The translations under genes were made by a program, and so were the position numbers. A stretch of DNA of 64,000 nt, from assembly GCA_051362555.1 (NCBI GenBank), contig CM120644.1:6580954-6644953 (forward strand), in the 5' to 3' direction. The notes below the pieces were generated by a model. The model did not search any database. It was not told the origin of the DNA and saw only the letters and a list, made by a program, of their open reading frames with translations. This document shows, piece by piece, positions 23,890-37,200 of the stretch. Numbering within the stretch: position 1 is the stretch's first letter; every line of letters starts with the position of its first letter. The DNA is from Lingula anatina (lineage: Eukaryota > Animalia > Brachiopoda).

Positions 23890-26765
23890 TTGAAATTTTC
23901 TCTTTGAAATATTCATTTTTTATTTTGGAAATACAATATATGGGACAGTTTATCGAGAATATTTCCCTTTAGGATGTTCTTTAAATGATGCTAAGTTTGG
24001 TCCCTTCTTTGATTAATTTCAGAGGCAACTTGGGCGTGGTAGAGGCAATTCTAAATTCTGAATCAACAGAAGTTGGGCATCCTCCAAGAGCAAGTGCACC
24101 TGTTGAGACAGGCACAAAAGCATCAGAAATGCAAAATCGCTTTTACGATAACGTTATAAAGGAAAAGGAGGAAAATGGGAAGCCCAGTTGGTTCACGTCT
24201 ATACATTCATATTTTCCTGTGCTATCCAAATGCTCGGAAATTAAGAAGCCCAGATGGCACACCTCAATACCTTCTGTGTCATTTCCATTGGCGGAGAGCA
24301 ATAACGCCTGCTGCGTGGGCATCTTTTCCAATGTGCATAAAGCTTCCAATAAAATAACACCAAGTGAAGTACCCGGTGGTGAAGCAACATCAAGCAATGC
24401 AGCCGGTGGTGAAATATCAACGCCCGATGTACCCGACGACGAAGTAACAAGTTGTATAAACAATCCCGCCACTGGAGCAAAATTTAAAGCCGACGACCAT
24501 GAAGCATTGTTAGGGCTGCTGTCGGGTGAACTTCCCCTTATAGTAGCTGCTTGTCGATTAGCAGTAACGCATTATAACGTAGCGGACGCCCTCAAACGAC
24601 CAGAAGGGGGCCGGTGTCAAAGTGCGCCGGCAGTAACGAATTATAACGTAGCGGACGCCTTCGAAGTACCAGAAGGGGGGCGGTGTCAAAGTGCGCCAGC
24701 AGTAATGAATTATGAAGTAGTGAATGACTTGGAGAAAGAAAACGACAGTTATCTGCTCGGGGATGATGAAAAATTATGCATCGATAGAAAAAAGATATTG
24801 GAAAAAGTACTCGAAAAGGCTAATCCGTTTAAAGTCAACAGCCAAGGTAACAACGTGTTCCATGAGCTGATCATCCTCTCCACTAAACAGTGGGCAAGAA
24901 ATCTGCAGAAAAAGAGTTCCGACGATGAGTATTTATCAGATCAAACATATATAGCAGACCAGTCAATTTTCGAAAACAAGTCTGAAGAGAAAGAAGATCC
25001 TTTCGTTGCAAACGTGAAAGCGGTTTTTATGTTTATTTTGAACAAAATTGTCGATGGCAAAAACTTGAAACACAAACCGCAACTTGACGGGAAACCAATA
25101 GGTGAGAAGGAAATCCTTTGTTTGCCTGATTCTGAAAACAAAGTTGAACCCGAATTATGGAACTGGTCCTATCGTTACATCCCACTCGAGATCGCAGCGA
25201 GACTTGGGGCAATTGAAATGTTTAAGTGGCTCCTGTATCTAGACGGCGCTCATGAGTCCCAGATTCAACCCTCAAAAGAGAACCTGATTGGTGGCCACGT
25301 GAACCACCGCCTGACGCCTCTTAAGATGAAAGTTAACGTTGAGCCTGGAAATGGGTTTCTGGAAGAAAGAACCGATGAGCATTTTGTCAAGAAAGACGAC
25401 ACACTCTCTCTCATGGAACTGATTACGATGAACAAGGGACGGAACGCTTTGAAGCTCGTGGAACCTGCACCCATACGGTCTGCGGTAAGAGAAAAATGGA
25501 ACAGGCAAACACGACGGATTCATCTTATTTTCATGTCCGTGCATTTGGTCATGGTTTTTATTATGACTGGGTGTATTGTACATCGTCCTGCGTTTGCATC
25601 TTATGACGGAGTTAAAAAAACTCGCATTTTAACATCTAATCAGGCTTATCAAACGGGAGAGGGCTCTACAAGAGCCTTTCTGGAAATCATGGTCTTTTTA
25701 TACGTTTTGTATTTGTTGGTCCTCGAAATAATTGCAAACATGCAATCCCGACGCTCACCTTGGAATTGCTTCTGCATTTTCTGTATCAAATTTATGTTTC
25801 CACTGCGAAAAATGAGAATGAATGAGAGATACTCGGTTGTAGTTATTTTGTGGTGTTTGTCCATCTTCATCTCCTTTATTCTACGTTTCGCCAATTATGA
25901 ATATGAAGAAACAGTCCTGGCTTTTGCTGTTGTCTTCGGGTGGTGGTCACTCCTTCACGCTCTAAGACCTTTCAAATACTTCAGTTTTTACACTGTCATC
26001 ATTCAGAGAGTTATATTTGGTGATTTGCTCAGGTTTTCTATTGTATTTTTAATCCAACTGTTGGGATTTAGCTCCGCAATGTTTTTACTGTTTAAATCAT
26101 CCGGTAACTATCCTGTTGCCGGATTCCAGACGTTTGGAGAAGCTGTCCTCACTCTTTTTGAGCTCATGATAGGGATAGGGGATTTTGATGTGTACTCATT
26201 AGCACATTTCCCTGGTCTAGTTGTGTGGTTCTTTGTTATTTATATAATTTTCAGTTACGTCATGCTGTTCAACATGATCATCGCCATGCTCTCGGAATCG
26301 GTGCGTCTTGTGACAGAAAATAAAATTCTACAATGGCGCCTCCAGCGGCTTCATGTCATCATCTATTGGGAAAGGCGTTACCGATTTCTAAGGTATGCTG
26401 GGTATGCCATGCGCCATTTAAAGGTACATATAAACTGAGCTTTGGTAGTTTCCCAGTAGCAAATATAAAAAAAAAAATTCTACTAGTTACTTATACAGCT
26501 CAAATAAATTCTACATGCCAAGGGATATACTGAATAAATCACTCGATCAGCCATAAAAAAACCTTTAGACAGCTCTTCTTTTAATTTGTGGTCTGAAATT
26601 TAACCTACTTATCTGACCTACTTTTTCCTTTGGTAATTCTCTTAGTTGTACTATTTGAAACTATATGCTGGCATTTAATTGGTTTTTGTGGCAAAAATGA
26701 CTTCACAGGCATCTTTAAATGACGGAATTACCAGATCTACAAACATCGTTTTTCCTGAGTCATAA
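17619..26765 (+). CDS. TRPV-family cation channel, paralog A (ankyrin repeats, 6 TM, TRP box); ~905 aa unspliced tail or ~919 aa if the candidate last intron is spliced
   Basis: Exons 17619-17810, 23718-23827 and 24023-26423 (or read-through to the stop at 26438), plus candidate exon 26709-26765. Ankyrin motifs GETALHLAA, GLTALHVAI, GELPLIVAAC, NSQGNNVFH, PLEIAARLG. Pore LTLFELMIGIGDF, S6 LFNMIIAMLSES, TRP box WRLQ. Confidence 0.9.
21492..22766. mobile_element. Cluster of ~4 full or partial copies of one MITE family (termini CCCCGTCACAC) in TRPV-A intron 1
   Basis: CCCGTCACACT-type ends at ~21495, ~21861, ~22037 and ~22342, and the reverse end AGTGTGACGGG at ~22752. 22032-22240 is an inverted copy of ~22540-22766. 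Confidence 0.7.
23845..23884 (+). repeat. (CT)n microsatellite in TRPV-A intron 2
   Basis: Seen directly; a shorter interrupted version sits at the same intron position in paralog B (~46075-46106). Confidence 0.9.
26422..26714. mobile_element. 293-bp insertion with TTAA TSD and AG...CT termini (Kolobok/piggyBac-type MITE) in the TRPV-A coding tail
   Basis: TTAA at 26418-26421 and 26715-26718. Paralog B has the empty site (gtatttaaatgacagaattg). Precise removal restores R-H-L-N-D-G-I-T-R-S.., colinear with paralog B's R-Y-L-N-D-R-I-A-R-S. Confidence 0.8.
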
Positions 26766-29202
26766 ACCTGTCTTGAAAATTCTGTTAACGGTCCAGTTGA
26801 AAATTTGATGGTTACGCTTGGCCAAATCACATCAGGGGATTACTTTGGCACAGTTGTTAGGCAACCATGGCTGGTCGATCCATGCTGCAGCAGACCTGCT
26901 ATATTTTTTTAATATCTCTTACTGTATTCTATTGGAAAGACGCTTGTGTGATGGTTTGGCCATGCAGTTCCCTAGTTTCGTTAATAGAGTGGATATTTTA
27001 TTTGACTATCACATTAATCTAGTTTTGTTTATATGCAATGCATTAATATTCTAAGTCTTACGGTACAATCTAACAATATTTAGCAATTACTGACTTAGAT
27101 TGTAATCAATGTGTTGTTTTGCGCATCATTCGATGTAAATTTTCTGAGGCCTACAAAACAACTTATTGACCGAAGATGAACGTCAATTTCCTACAATAAC
27201 ATCAAAAGTTCCAATATTGCTGCCATCTGCCGTTTTTTTTTAATTTTATTTTTTGCCGTCTGATGTATACATGTATAAAATGATTCCTTTTCTCTGATTG
27301 ATCAACTGTCTGCCTGATAATGCTTTCTTTACTATGACTAGTCAGTCGTCTGATTCATGATACTTTTTTTCACTATGATTTACCCATAGAATTACGGATT
27401 ACGTCATGGCTCAAATGTATATAGGATATTAGATCATATTCTATTCTTATTATATAAAATAATAATTTATCATTGGGAAATTCGCTTTATGCCATGTCTT
27501 CGCTTTTACTCAGCATCTACGTATTTTGTTTAATTTTTAATTTCTATATTTACTGGGAGGCGCTTATTTCATATATAGCAACATATTACTCAGGTTGCCA
27601 AAGCTGGTGTGTGTCGGGGGGTGGGGGAATAAAGTGAGCATTGCCGAATTTTTTTCTACCATAGGGGTTTCCACACCCCTAATTACCCTTGTAATACATC
27701 TCTAGTGAGTAAGAAGCGTGTTCCCTTGGGTATTTTGAAAAAAAATCAGAAGAGACTGCCATTGCCATAGGAATACACAGTGTATTGACGTCAACTACTA
27801 CCAGGGAGATGTAATGCCCGTAATCTTAATAATTTTCTTTCTCAGTTTTTTCTATACTTTAAATACCCATGTGATATAATATGTGGATGGTTAGAAGTGC
27901 GTACCTTTCGGCATTTTTTAGAAAATCCAAGATTCTCCCAATTTCCATATGGATTTATGGAAAGATACCGTTTTTATTATCAAACAAAGTTTTATTTCAG
28001 TGGTTTTTCTCATCCCTGTTACCCTTATAATACATATTTGGTGGGTAACAAGCGTATATACTTAGGGATTTTGAAATAATCCAAGATGATTGCAATCTTT
28101 TAAAGCAATGGACAAAAGGTTTGTGTTAATTGTGTTTTTTTATCATTTTTCATTTTTTTTTTTTTTTTTTTTTTGAAAAGGGGGTATTTAAAGATTATAC
28201 CCTGGCTCCGTATATTTTTTATTTTTATTTTTATTTTTACTATTTTTTGTGTGCAAAAGTTTTATAGTTAAAAGTAATGCTAAATAAGAAAATTAAGGGA
28301 GTGTAATTATTGAGGACGTACTGGTAGAGTTCAAGCTGTCGCAGTGCACTGAGGACACAACCATAATCTTAGGTGAATCGGAAAACATTACTGTACTATT
28401 TGTACGATTCTGGAATTACTGTATTCAAGTTTGTGTTTGACTGTGTATTAAAAATGCTTTTTTTTTTAAATACATACGCCATTTTTCTCGCTAAGTTTTT
28501 GTTAACTTGTAATGATGTAAATAGTCTACATATTAGGTACATAGAATCAGTTACTGTATATGTATTTTTAAATACATTTGAACCAAATGATGATTATGAA
28601 CTTTTCTCTTGCTTAGTTTTGTAAAACATGTATTTAATGGTGCAAATATTAAATTCAATCGGAAGCTATTGTATGTGTATTTGTGCTAAAAGTTTTCTGT
28701 AAAGCTTTTCCTCTCTACATACATTTCTAAATGTGAATGTACTAGCAGCCATGCAAAATATATTTGTAATTGTAATGGCATATTGGATAAATAATTGGCC
28801 TGCTACGTAGAGCATCTTTTATATCAGTATGTGTGAGTGAAGTGTTTCTGTAAATGTTTTTTTTTAATATACGATTAGACACAATATAGTGTCTGTAAGC
28901 TTTTTTCATTACCGTACAGGGTACCTCTGTATTGTATTGTGTGCATTGAAAACAAAGCTTAAGTGAAAATGATAGAAATCTACATCCAGGAATCAACAGC
29001 GTCCATTATGAAATGAAGCTAATTTGTTTGTCAGTGTTTTTCTCGCTCGTAGCACAAGCCTCAATTGCAGTTTGCTAACATGAACCTTAGATTTTGAGCA
29101 CAAATGCACAAATTAACGACCCCAACTACAAGTTAAGTACCCCAACATATAATTTGTAGCCATGGAATACTAATAAAAGTTAGTCAAAAAATAAAAAATC
29201 AT

Positions 29203-29320
29203 CTTTGAGATTATAAAAGTTGTGCCTGTAGGTACATTTACACTGTATTTAACAATGTCCTGTGATTTTGTGCTCTAAGACATAAGTCTGCAGATCCCGG
29301 AGAAGGGACGCTCGCTTTTC
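29203..29320 (-). pseudogene. Decayed copy of GLOD5 exon 2 with adjacent intron sequence
   Basis: 'gtatttaacaatgtcc..gcagatcccggagaagggacgctcgcttt' aligns with 55141-55225. Confidence 0.7.
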
Positions 29321-30344
29321 TTGCATCATTCTTTTTTAAATATAAAAATATTTAAAAGTGCATACATAATTGTATTTACATAATGAACTTTACTGTATAA
29401 TAAGCACGCATCCGTAGGCCCTTAGATTTGCCCATGTTCTTATTTCTTTTAACGCCAAAGGAAGGGGGCAAGCCTTTACAGATATTTTTATTGTGCATAA
29501 TAAGACATTCATGCTATGTACTATGGAGTATACATATTCAACGTCGAAATCATGGATTCACCACTGTGCTGTTGATTCGATTCAGTGGTGACATCAATAA
29601 GTCAAGATCCTCAAAAAAAATTTTTTTTCTCTTCGTGCGCATCAAAGGGAAACCTTGCAGGCCACACTATTTTTCTCGGTTTATATTTTGGTCGGGAACA
29701 GTGCGTGGTCTCTAACGCCAAGTCGGTGTCGGACACATCACAGTGAAGCTCTGGCGGTAGGAGACCAGTAAAAAACCTGTACTAGTATATCGACCGGATA
29801 TTTATTTTGAACTGAAATAATAAATTGAGCTATAGGTGTTGCACTGTGTCCTTTGCACGCACTACCCCAATATTGTACATGTGCATGCATGTCAACGGCA
29901 TGTAGTTGTTAGAATTCTTTGTTAGAATTCTCTATACGGAAACCGATTTTTCACTATGAGCAGGTGGCAAAAGGTGTGTTAAAAAGGGCTGCCGGAAACA
30001 TAAAAGAGTGTGAAGTCGATTTAACTTAATACGATTCACTACCTTTACGATACGCTGAGGACACAATCTACAGTAAAACAATAATAAAAGTAACATTATT
30101 TATTCATTATCGGCCAAATCTTACTCTTCGCTGAATCTATAAGGTGCAGCACCGAATGCGGAATATGTTGCGTAGTGTGTTAACTGAACAATTCTAAATA
30201 AGGTTTTTCTTGGAAGAGACTATCAGTCGCAGTAACAAATGGTGCCTCTGTTTGCTGTATCTTTATTGACATTTTCCACATACAATATCAACAAATGTAT
30301 AATATCATTTAGAAACAGTTGATTGCAACAGTTGTTCCGTCCCA

Positions 30345-30418
30345 GCTCCGGTGACGCAATCGGTTAGATTACGATAATGGCCTGACACTAGGGTTGAGTA
30401 CAAGCCCCATCCGGAGCA
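30345..30418 (+). pseudogene. tRNA-Ile(TAT) pseudogene
   Basis: Retains GCTCCGGTG..CAATCGGTTAG and CCGGAGCA, but the anticodon arm and T-loop are disrupted. Its 3' flank (tttttataccaatc..ccttacgcaga) matches the flank of the 15062 gene. Confidence 0.8.
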
Positions 30419-31284
30419 CTTCTTTTTATACCAATCCTGTGTTTGTTGTCACGCCCTTACGCAGAGACGCATGGAGACAAACGCTATTACACAATACTGC
30501 GGACTTCCACAGTGAAACAAAATCCTGAATGCAATGTGCTTGCAGTTAACGAGATTCAGAACAACTGTGTTAAGGAAATAACTAGAGACCCGCTAATAGC
30601 ACCATTTTATCAAATGATACAATTATACAAATGACACAATTATGCGTCTACTTTATGACGGCAATTCGTAAGTAAGTTGCATATGTTTGGAAGTTGTTTC
30701 ATTACACAGTAAAATCTTATGAGTAATGTGCACATATTCATCATGTAATTAAAGCATAATTAAGCATTTTTTAATGTAATATTTAATTGAGATTTTATTT
30801 AACGTAACATGACTTCATTGCGTAAACATAAACTATACGTATTTATCATTTAAATCCCTGTTCATTGCATAAATAACTTAACAGAAGTTAACGTTTGTAA
30901 TATTGATTGGCGTTTCTTATTTACTTGAAATTTTGTGACATTATACACGTAGCGTAATCCAGTCGCAATTATTGAACCTTTTCTTTTTCAAAAAAAATAT
31001 TGACCGATAATGAACTATTAGGTCAAATAAATCTTCATAGCAAAGAAAGCGTCGAATATAAGTATCGAAGAGTCGATATCGGCGCAATGCGTTAACGGAT
31101 TCATTGGGTCAGCCTATAGAGTATCGCTATAAAAACCAAGCGTATTATGTTGACTGTTGATTGTTTAAGAAGATCCCATAGTTACGCATCAGCGTAAAGG
31201 TGTCTCAACAGCAGGCTCAGATTGCCTGAGTAGATAAAATTTATCCTAATAAGAACTTTTTGGAAAGAAGATTGCGAGTGAAAA

Positions 31285-34200
31285 ATGTCGGGTGGCAATG
31301 CTGGACAGACGGAGCAGAGTCTGGGAGGGACCGAGAAGGAAGTCTGGGTCGCTCTAGAAAAGGAGTTTAAAAAAGCAGACCCTGATCATTTGGTAAAGTA
31401 TATAGAGGAAAATTTAAAAGACAAAAATCTGCACACGTACCTCAGTGACAGCGGAGAGACTGTACTACATCTTGCTGCTTATTACCTTGTAAATGACGGG
31501 AAAACAGTAAGTAAAACCCCCACCACCACCACTAGCAACGTAAATTGGTTCACACAAACATATCGGGTGCTTATAAAACATAACTTTTTTCAAAGTTAAT
31601 TTATAAAGCAGTTGTAAAGATAAGGCCACACTTTTTTTATTTTTATGGATGCCATCCTGCGCGCGCACCGATTTTCGAAAATAAATCGCCCCCAACGAAA
31701 TCGGTTGTCGCAAACGTCGTCATTGAATTTGCCAGAAAAATTCATCTCTAGGATTACTTTCAAATCACACGACAATTAAAGTCATAAAGAGAACGGGGTC
31801 CGTCGTTTTTGATTGGTATGCCATTGATATTGGGCATGGAGATATCACCTTTTTACAATAATACGAAATGCTGGCGGCGGCCAGCGATTATCGCCTGGAA
31901 AATTTCAGTGACATTCTATCCAAAGGAGCACATACCAGGTTTTTTGTAGCGTAAAAAAGGGTCGACAAGGGCGCCGAGATATTTGGTGGGCTGAAGGTCG
32001 TTTGAGTCGAAGTAGACAAAACGGCATCGACCGAAATGACCTTTAATAGATTAGTATTAAGCATATCTTTGCATCATTTTTTAAACATTTCTGTGAAGTG
32101 TTCATAGCCTACAATGCTTTAATATTCTGAGAGTAAAAAGAAAGACATACTGTTTGTTTGATATTTGTTTTATCGATTGCTATACCAACAAAATTAATGA
32201 AATAACCTTAAATAGATTTGGTAATATGCAGTATATCTATTTATGACTTTTTTTTACCTTTCTTCGAAGTATTTACAACGCTTTAATATTTTAAGAGCAT
32301 GGATAAAGACATTAGTTCGATACGTGTTTTTGTGGTAAATGTGTCTTTCCAGCTGTGTACTGATAGCATTCCCTTACTTAAGCAGTATTTTTTTTTTACC
32401 TTTTTTTTTACCCCTCTCGCACCGATTTCGGGGTCCCCAGAGGATGTCATCCATAAAAATACAAAAGTGTGGCCTAATGCAATAAAACATGGGGTATTTT
32501 AGAAAAAATGAAGTCTCTAGTTTATGCTGAGAATTTTATTACTCTTCCTTTCTTTGTTTTGGCACATCGAAAAATCAGTATATTAGGTCATAGAATTAAT
32601 GCCATACCGGCCTACAAGTATGTGACTTCTGACAGGTTCCAGTGTCTGGCAGTTTTGACACCTCTCAATGGGTTTTTGATTTAATGATAATGTTTAAACT
32701 ATTTCTCCTTAATACTTGGAATTTTTAGAGTTGAACAATAATTATATTTTTTAAAAAATTTATTTAAAATTTCAATCCAAAAGCCTATACACTGAAGTTA
32801 TATTTAGTTCTCGGCTTTGTAGAGCCTCGGCTCTTCTCCATGTTTATGCGGCCTTAGTTTTACTTAATGTTCTCAGCCATAAATCGAGGCTCTTCGTTGC
32901 TCTTTTTCAATTCTGTATACTTTCTTGAGGCCCATTTAAGTACTCTTTGACCACAGGGTGCGCTAATAGTCTGTTACAAAATTCTCGTATCGTTGAAACT
33001 TTAATTTGTATACTATTTTATAAACCCCTGATATAAGAGTGTAGGAGGCTATATATTATTCACCTAATTCGAATTCTAGACGAAGATCTCTCTCTTGAAT
33101 ATTCGAGTAAACTACAAATTGTTAATAAAAAAGAATATGTCCATGTAACGCATGTAATGATAGAAATGCCCATTTGTTTATTTACGAAAGCTGTCCTATT
33201 ACAAAACAGCTTGACAGCAGCGGATTACGTTTTAGGTATAGTGATATCTATACTGATATCTACGCTGCATCTACAGCTTTAATATTTCCATTCTGAGCTG
33301 TTCTGAGTCGAATGTGGGACAAGGTTATAAATGAATCCGTTATGATTATAAATGTACTATAAGCATACCATAAACATATGTGTACAATCATATGTTACAC
33401 AAAAGGAGTTGTTCAAACTTAAAAGGGAGGGAGAACTACAATTGCATAAACATAGATAATTACAATCAATGAAATATATATAAAGATATAGATAAGTAAA
33501 TAAGTTGCACGGATATAAATAATGTGGCTGTTGACCATGTGTCATATTCAGTCCCACTGCCGAGTCACTTCTCACAACAGTGGGACCATACACTGAAATT
33601 TTGTAAGGGATATGCTAAGAGTTAGCAACATTTCTTTTCTTGAATGATTATAAAATGATTATAAAATTGGAAAGGGACTCTAAAATATCTCTGTTGGCAC
33701 TGTTAAATACTTGGCATAATTGACTGTCTGGTGACTTTGTATCAGCTTCTAGGGTTAAGCTTTTACTAAAAAGGGTGCCTCGGTCAGCTTTGTACATTGG
33801 GCAGTGGAATAGTTGCACCTTTCAGTTTTTGGCCTGTTGTGCCGCCCAGTTTCGATGTGGAGTTTTTGGTCACTAAGACGTAGTTTAGCAAGAGTTGACA
33901 AAGTGTCATAATTTGTTATTTTATCAACATAAGTTGCCCTTTCACACTTTTGGTGAAGCATACGGATGATAGGCAATTAACTGTTGGCTTGAAATTTGCT
34001 ATTCCATATTTGGGTAAAGTGGTCAATTTGTCTTTGTTTGAAAATCGCGGTGAAATTTTTTGGAGGTGACTGGCTAAGTCACACATCCCCAAGGCCAAAT
34101 GTGAAAAGGAGTTTTCGGATCCCCTCAGACCATGACATACAAGCTGGTCTGAGAGTGTGGACTGTAGATGGAACATAGGGTGTCAGCAACTTGTAACTAT

Positions 34201-37200
34201 TTATCTCATGTATGTATGCTTGTTTCATTAATGTTTCATCAGACATTTGAATGTTTTACACCATAGTTTGACAGATGCAAACTGTATTGTGGTATAGAGA
34301 GGAAGGCGGCCAAGTTCAGTGTATACACCGTAGTTTGATACGTTTTTACAGAGGCCAGGGAATTTGCAAATTTTAAGGTGTAACTTTTCTGTAGGGCAGA
34401 TATCCGTCGACACAGAGTAGCCCCATATCTCTGAGCAGTATATTAGGATTGGGGAAATGAGGGCATCAAATAATTTCTCTTGAAAGGATGTGTTAACATT
34501 ACTCTGAAGTGGAAGAGACTTGGACAGACTGAAGAATACCTCTGTAGCACGATGGAGGAGATTACTTTGGGTTTCTGTAAAGCTTCCTAATAAGTTTAGA
34601 AGGAGACCTATATAGATACATGTATTTGTTGGCCTCTTGAATTGATTTTCCATACAGAAAAATATTTTCAATGCGAGTATTTGATTTTGAGTTTAAAATA
34701 ACTATTTAAGTTTTGGTGACACAAACAGTCAGTCTCCACTTGTTACAGAAATTTTCTACAATTTCCAAACTTTTCCCTAGTCCCTTGGGGGTCTTGGACA
34801 TAAGGATGAGGTCATCAGCATATAGTAAACCTTGAGCTGGTATTTCATTTATATCTGGACTTGCAGCACTTTCGCCATCAATTGATCTAGGAAGGTTATC
34901 AATAAAAATATTAAAAAGAAATGGGCTCAGAGTGTCACCTTGCTTTACACCTAGTCTTGAATAAAAAGACCGGGGATATACCACTATCTGTCTTTACGCA
35001 TGGTTTGGAGTTTTCATACATACTCTTTGTGTTTTTGTATATAAGTCCTCCCATTCCTAGAGTCCGTAGCTTGAACAGTAATCCATTCCACCAAACACTA
35101 TCGAATGCTTTTGAAAAGTCAATGAAACATGTGTATATTTTTTCTTTCCTTTCATAAATTTTGTGATAATGAACTTTTAAGTACAAAAATGTTATCTGAA
35201 GTACTATGACCCTGCTTAAAGCCAGTTTGATCAGGTAGGGTACTCCTTGTTGTGATGCGAGTGCTTGAATACGGTTCAATAGGACCGAGTTGTATAGCTT
35301 TCCAAGGCAGCTTGTTATAGATATTCCCCTGTAGTTGTTAACATTTGATTCGTCAGCAGATTTGTGGATAGGGACAATAAATGCCTTGTTCCATATTGAT
35401 GGGTACTTAGCACTTATGAATATGATATTGAACAATTTTACAGTTACACCTATAAGAAAATCCGATTTGATCATTCATTAGTTACCTTGTCCTCCCCAGT
35501 TGATTTGCCATTTTTCAATTTTTTTATATTGCTCATGATCTCATCAGCACTAAATGTCATGGTCAAGTGCAGTTTTGTCTGGAGAATTCATTTCACTTTG
35601 CCTTAGTTTATTTTCTATATCACACTTGAAATCTTGATCAAAATTATGTTGACTTGATTTTGTTTCCTCGCAAAGGCTTAAAATACTCATAAAATTCACT
35701 CGGTTCAATAAATTCAGTTTGTGTAGACTCCATATTTAAATCTCTAACTACTTTCTAGAAACATTTGGGGTTTGCATTTTCCATGGATTGCAACTTTTGA
35801 AGTAGGCCTTTTTTATATTCTTTTTTTTTCATATTCTCTCTTATATCGATTGAATGCTTGGTTGTATGATGCACTGACTGAATTGTCAAAGGGTTTCTTG
35901 CTCCTAAGTTTTGATAAGTTTTTTAAGTCGGACCTTAGCGATTTTAAGCCATTGCTGTACCATGTAGCCCTTTTCTTGCTTTTTGGAGGATGGAACGAGG
36001 TGTATTTTCTTGATAAAAGAGCCTTTTCAGCAGCAGTTGTGACTGTTTCATTTACTAAGGGTATTGCCTCTTCAGGAGAGAGAGCTTGTGACATAAGGTA
36101 ATCAATCCTTTGCTTTGTTCTCATGTCACCTAGGGCCTCAACAAATTTAGCATGATAATTATTTTCCCAAATCAATTTTGGCATCAGCTTAATTGATTTT
36201 GTATGTTTGTTGTAAGTAGTTTTGCAGTACAGTTCAAGGATAAGTAGGGCGTGGAATATTGACAGATTGCTGACGTGAAGTATGGGATGCTGCTGTACAA
36301 AGTGGCACTGCAAATGACATTACAACAACACTGTTACGGTAACAGTGTTACCAGTTGGTTGATAACAAGTATATTGCCAAGTAGATCACCTAGTTTACGA
36401 CCGTTTAAAATTCCTAAATTGCAATATTTGCATAGCTGTAGCAGCTTTTCACCGAATGCATTTGATTATTTGAATTTTGGGAGTCCATTGAGTTTATAGG
36501 AGAGGGTTGGCTATACGCATCACTGAGATAATAGGCCCCAAAATTGATTAAAGTCTTTGCTGTCATCTGCAAGGAAATCTGAGTTAACTTTAATTCTGGC
36601 AATGAAATCCCCTGGATAATTATATCGCAGTTAGCTGACACTGTTGCAAGTTCATTTGTAAGTCTATCATATGGATCGGCATTCTCATTGATCACAGAGT
36701 TGGGGAGAGTTATGTAGACTGTGGCAAGGATGACATCACGTCTAAACCCAAATTAGAGTTTGCTCAATTTCAGTATCAGAATATCTTCACACTTACTTTC
36801 TAACTTGGAAACTCTTGCAGTTATTGATTTTCTAACAAATGCTACAATCTCTTGGCTCTGTTTGATTTTTTTTTCTACAACTACTGTATGATACAAAGCC
36901 TGCTATTTCTATCTTGCTTACATTACCAGACCAGGTCTCTACTAATGCTAATATATCAATGCTAAAAATTTTCTTCCCAAGTTCAGCATCTTCCAGCTTG
37001 CAGCCTATGCCATGAATATGAGCCAACTTTGATGCTATCTGAATTCACTTTTTTCATTATAGTAAAACTAATTTCAGTGACCAAGGCAGTGGATACTTGC
37101 TGACATCACTTACTTTTGGGATTGCAGTAAATATTTTGGCACTGTTAGTAATGACAGTATTGTTGCACATTGTGATGAACAATGAATAAATGTACAGATT

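Noticed and set aside
23985-24022. ORF-track starts for the large TRPV ORFs (also 46178-46236)
   Set aside because: Intronic; acceptors at 24022 and 46236 join upstream ankyrin exons in frame.
29690-29790. GC-rich block shared with ~52590-52680 as a possible ncRNA
   Set aside because: No cloverleaf or A/B boxes recognised; the similarity is explained by the tandem duplication.
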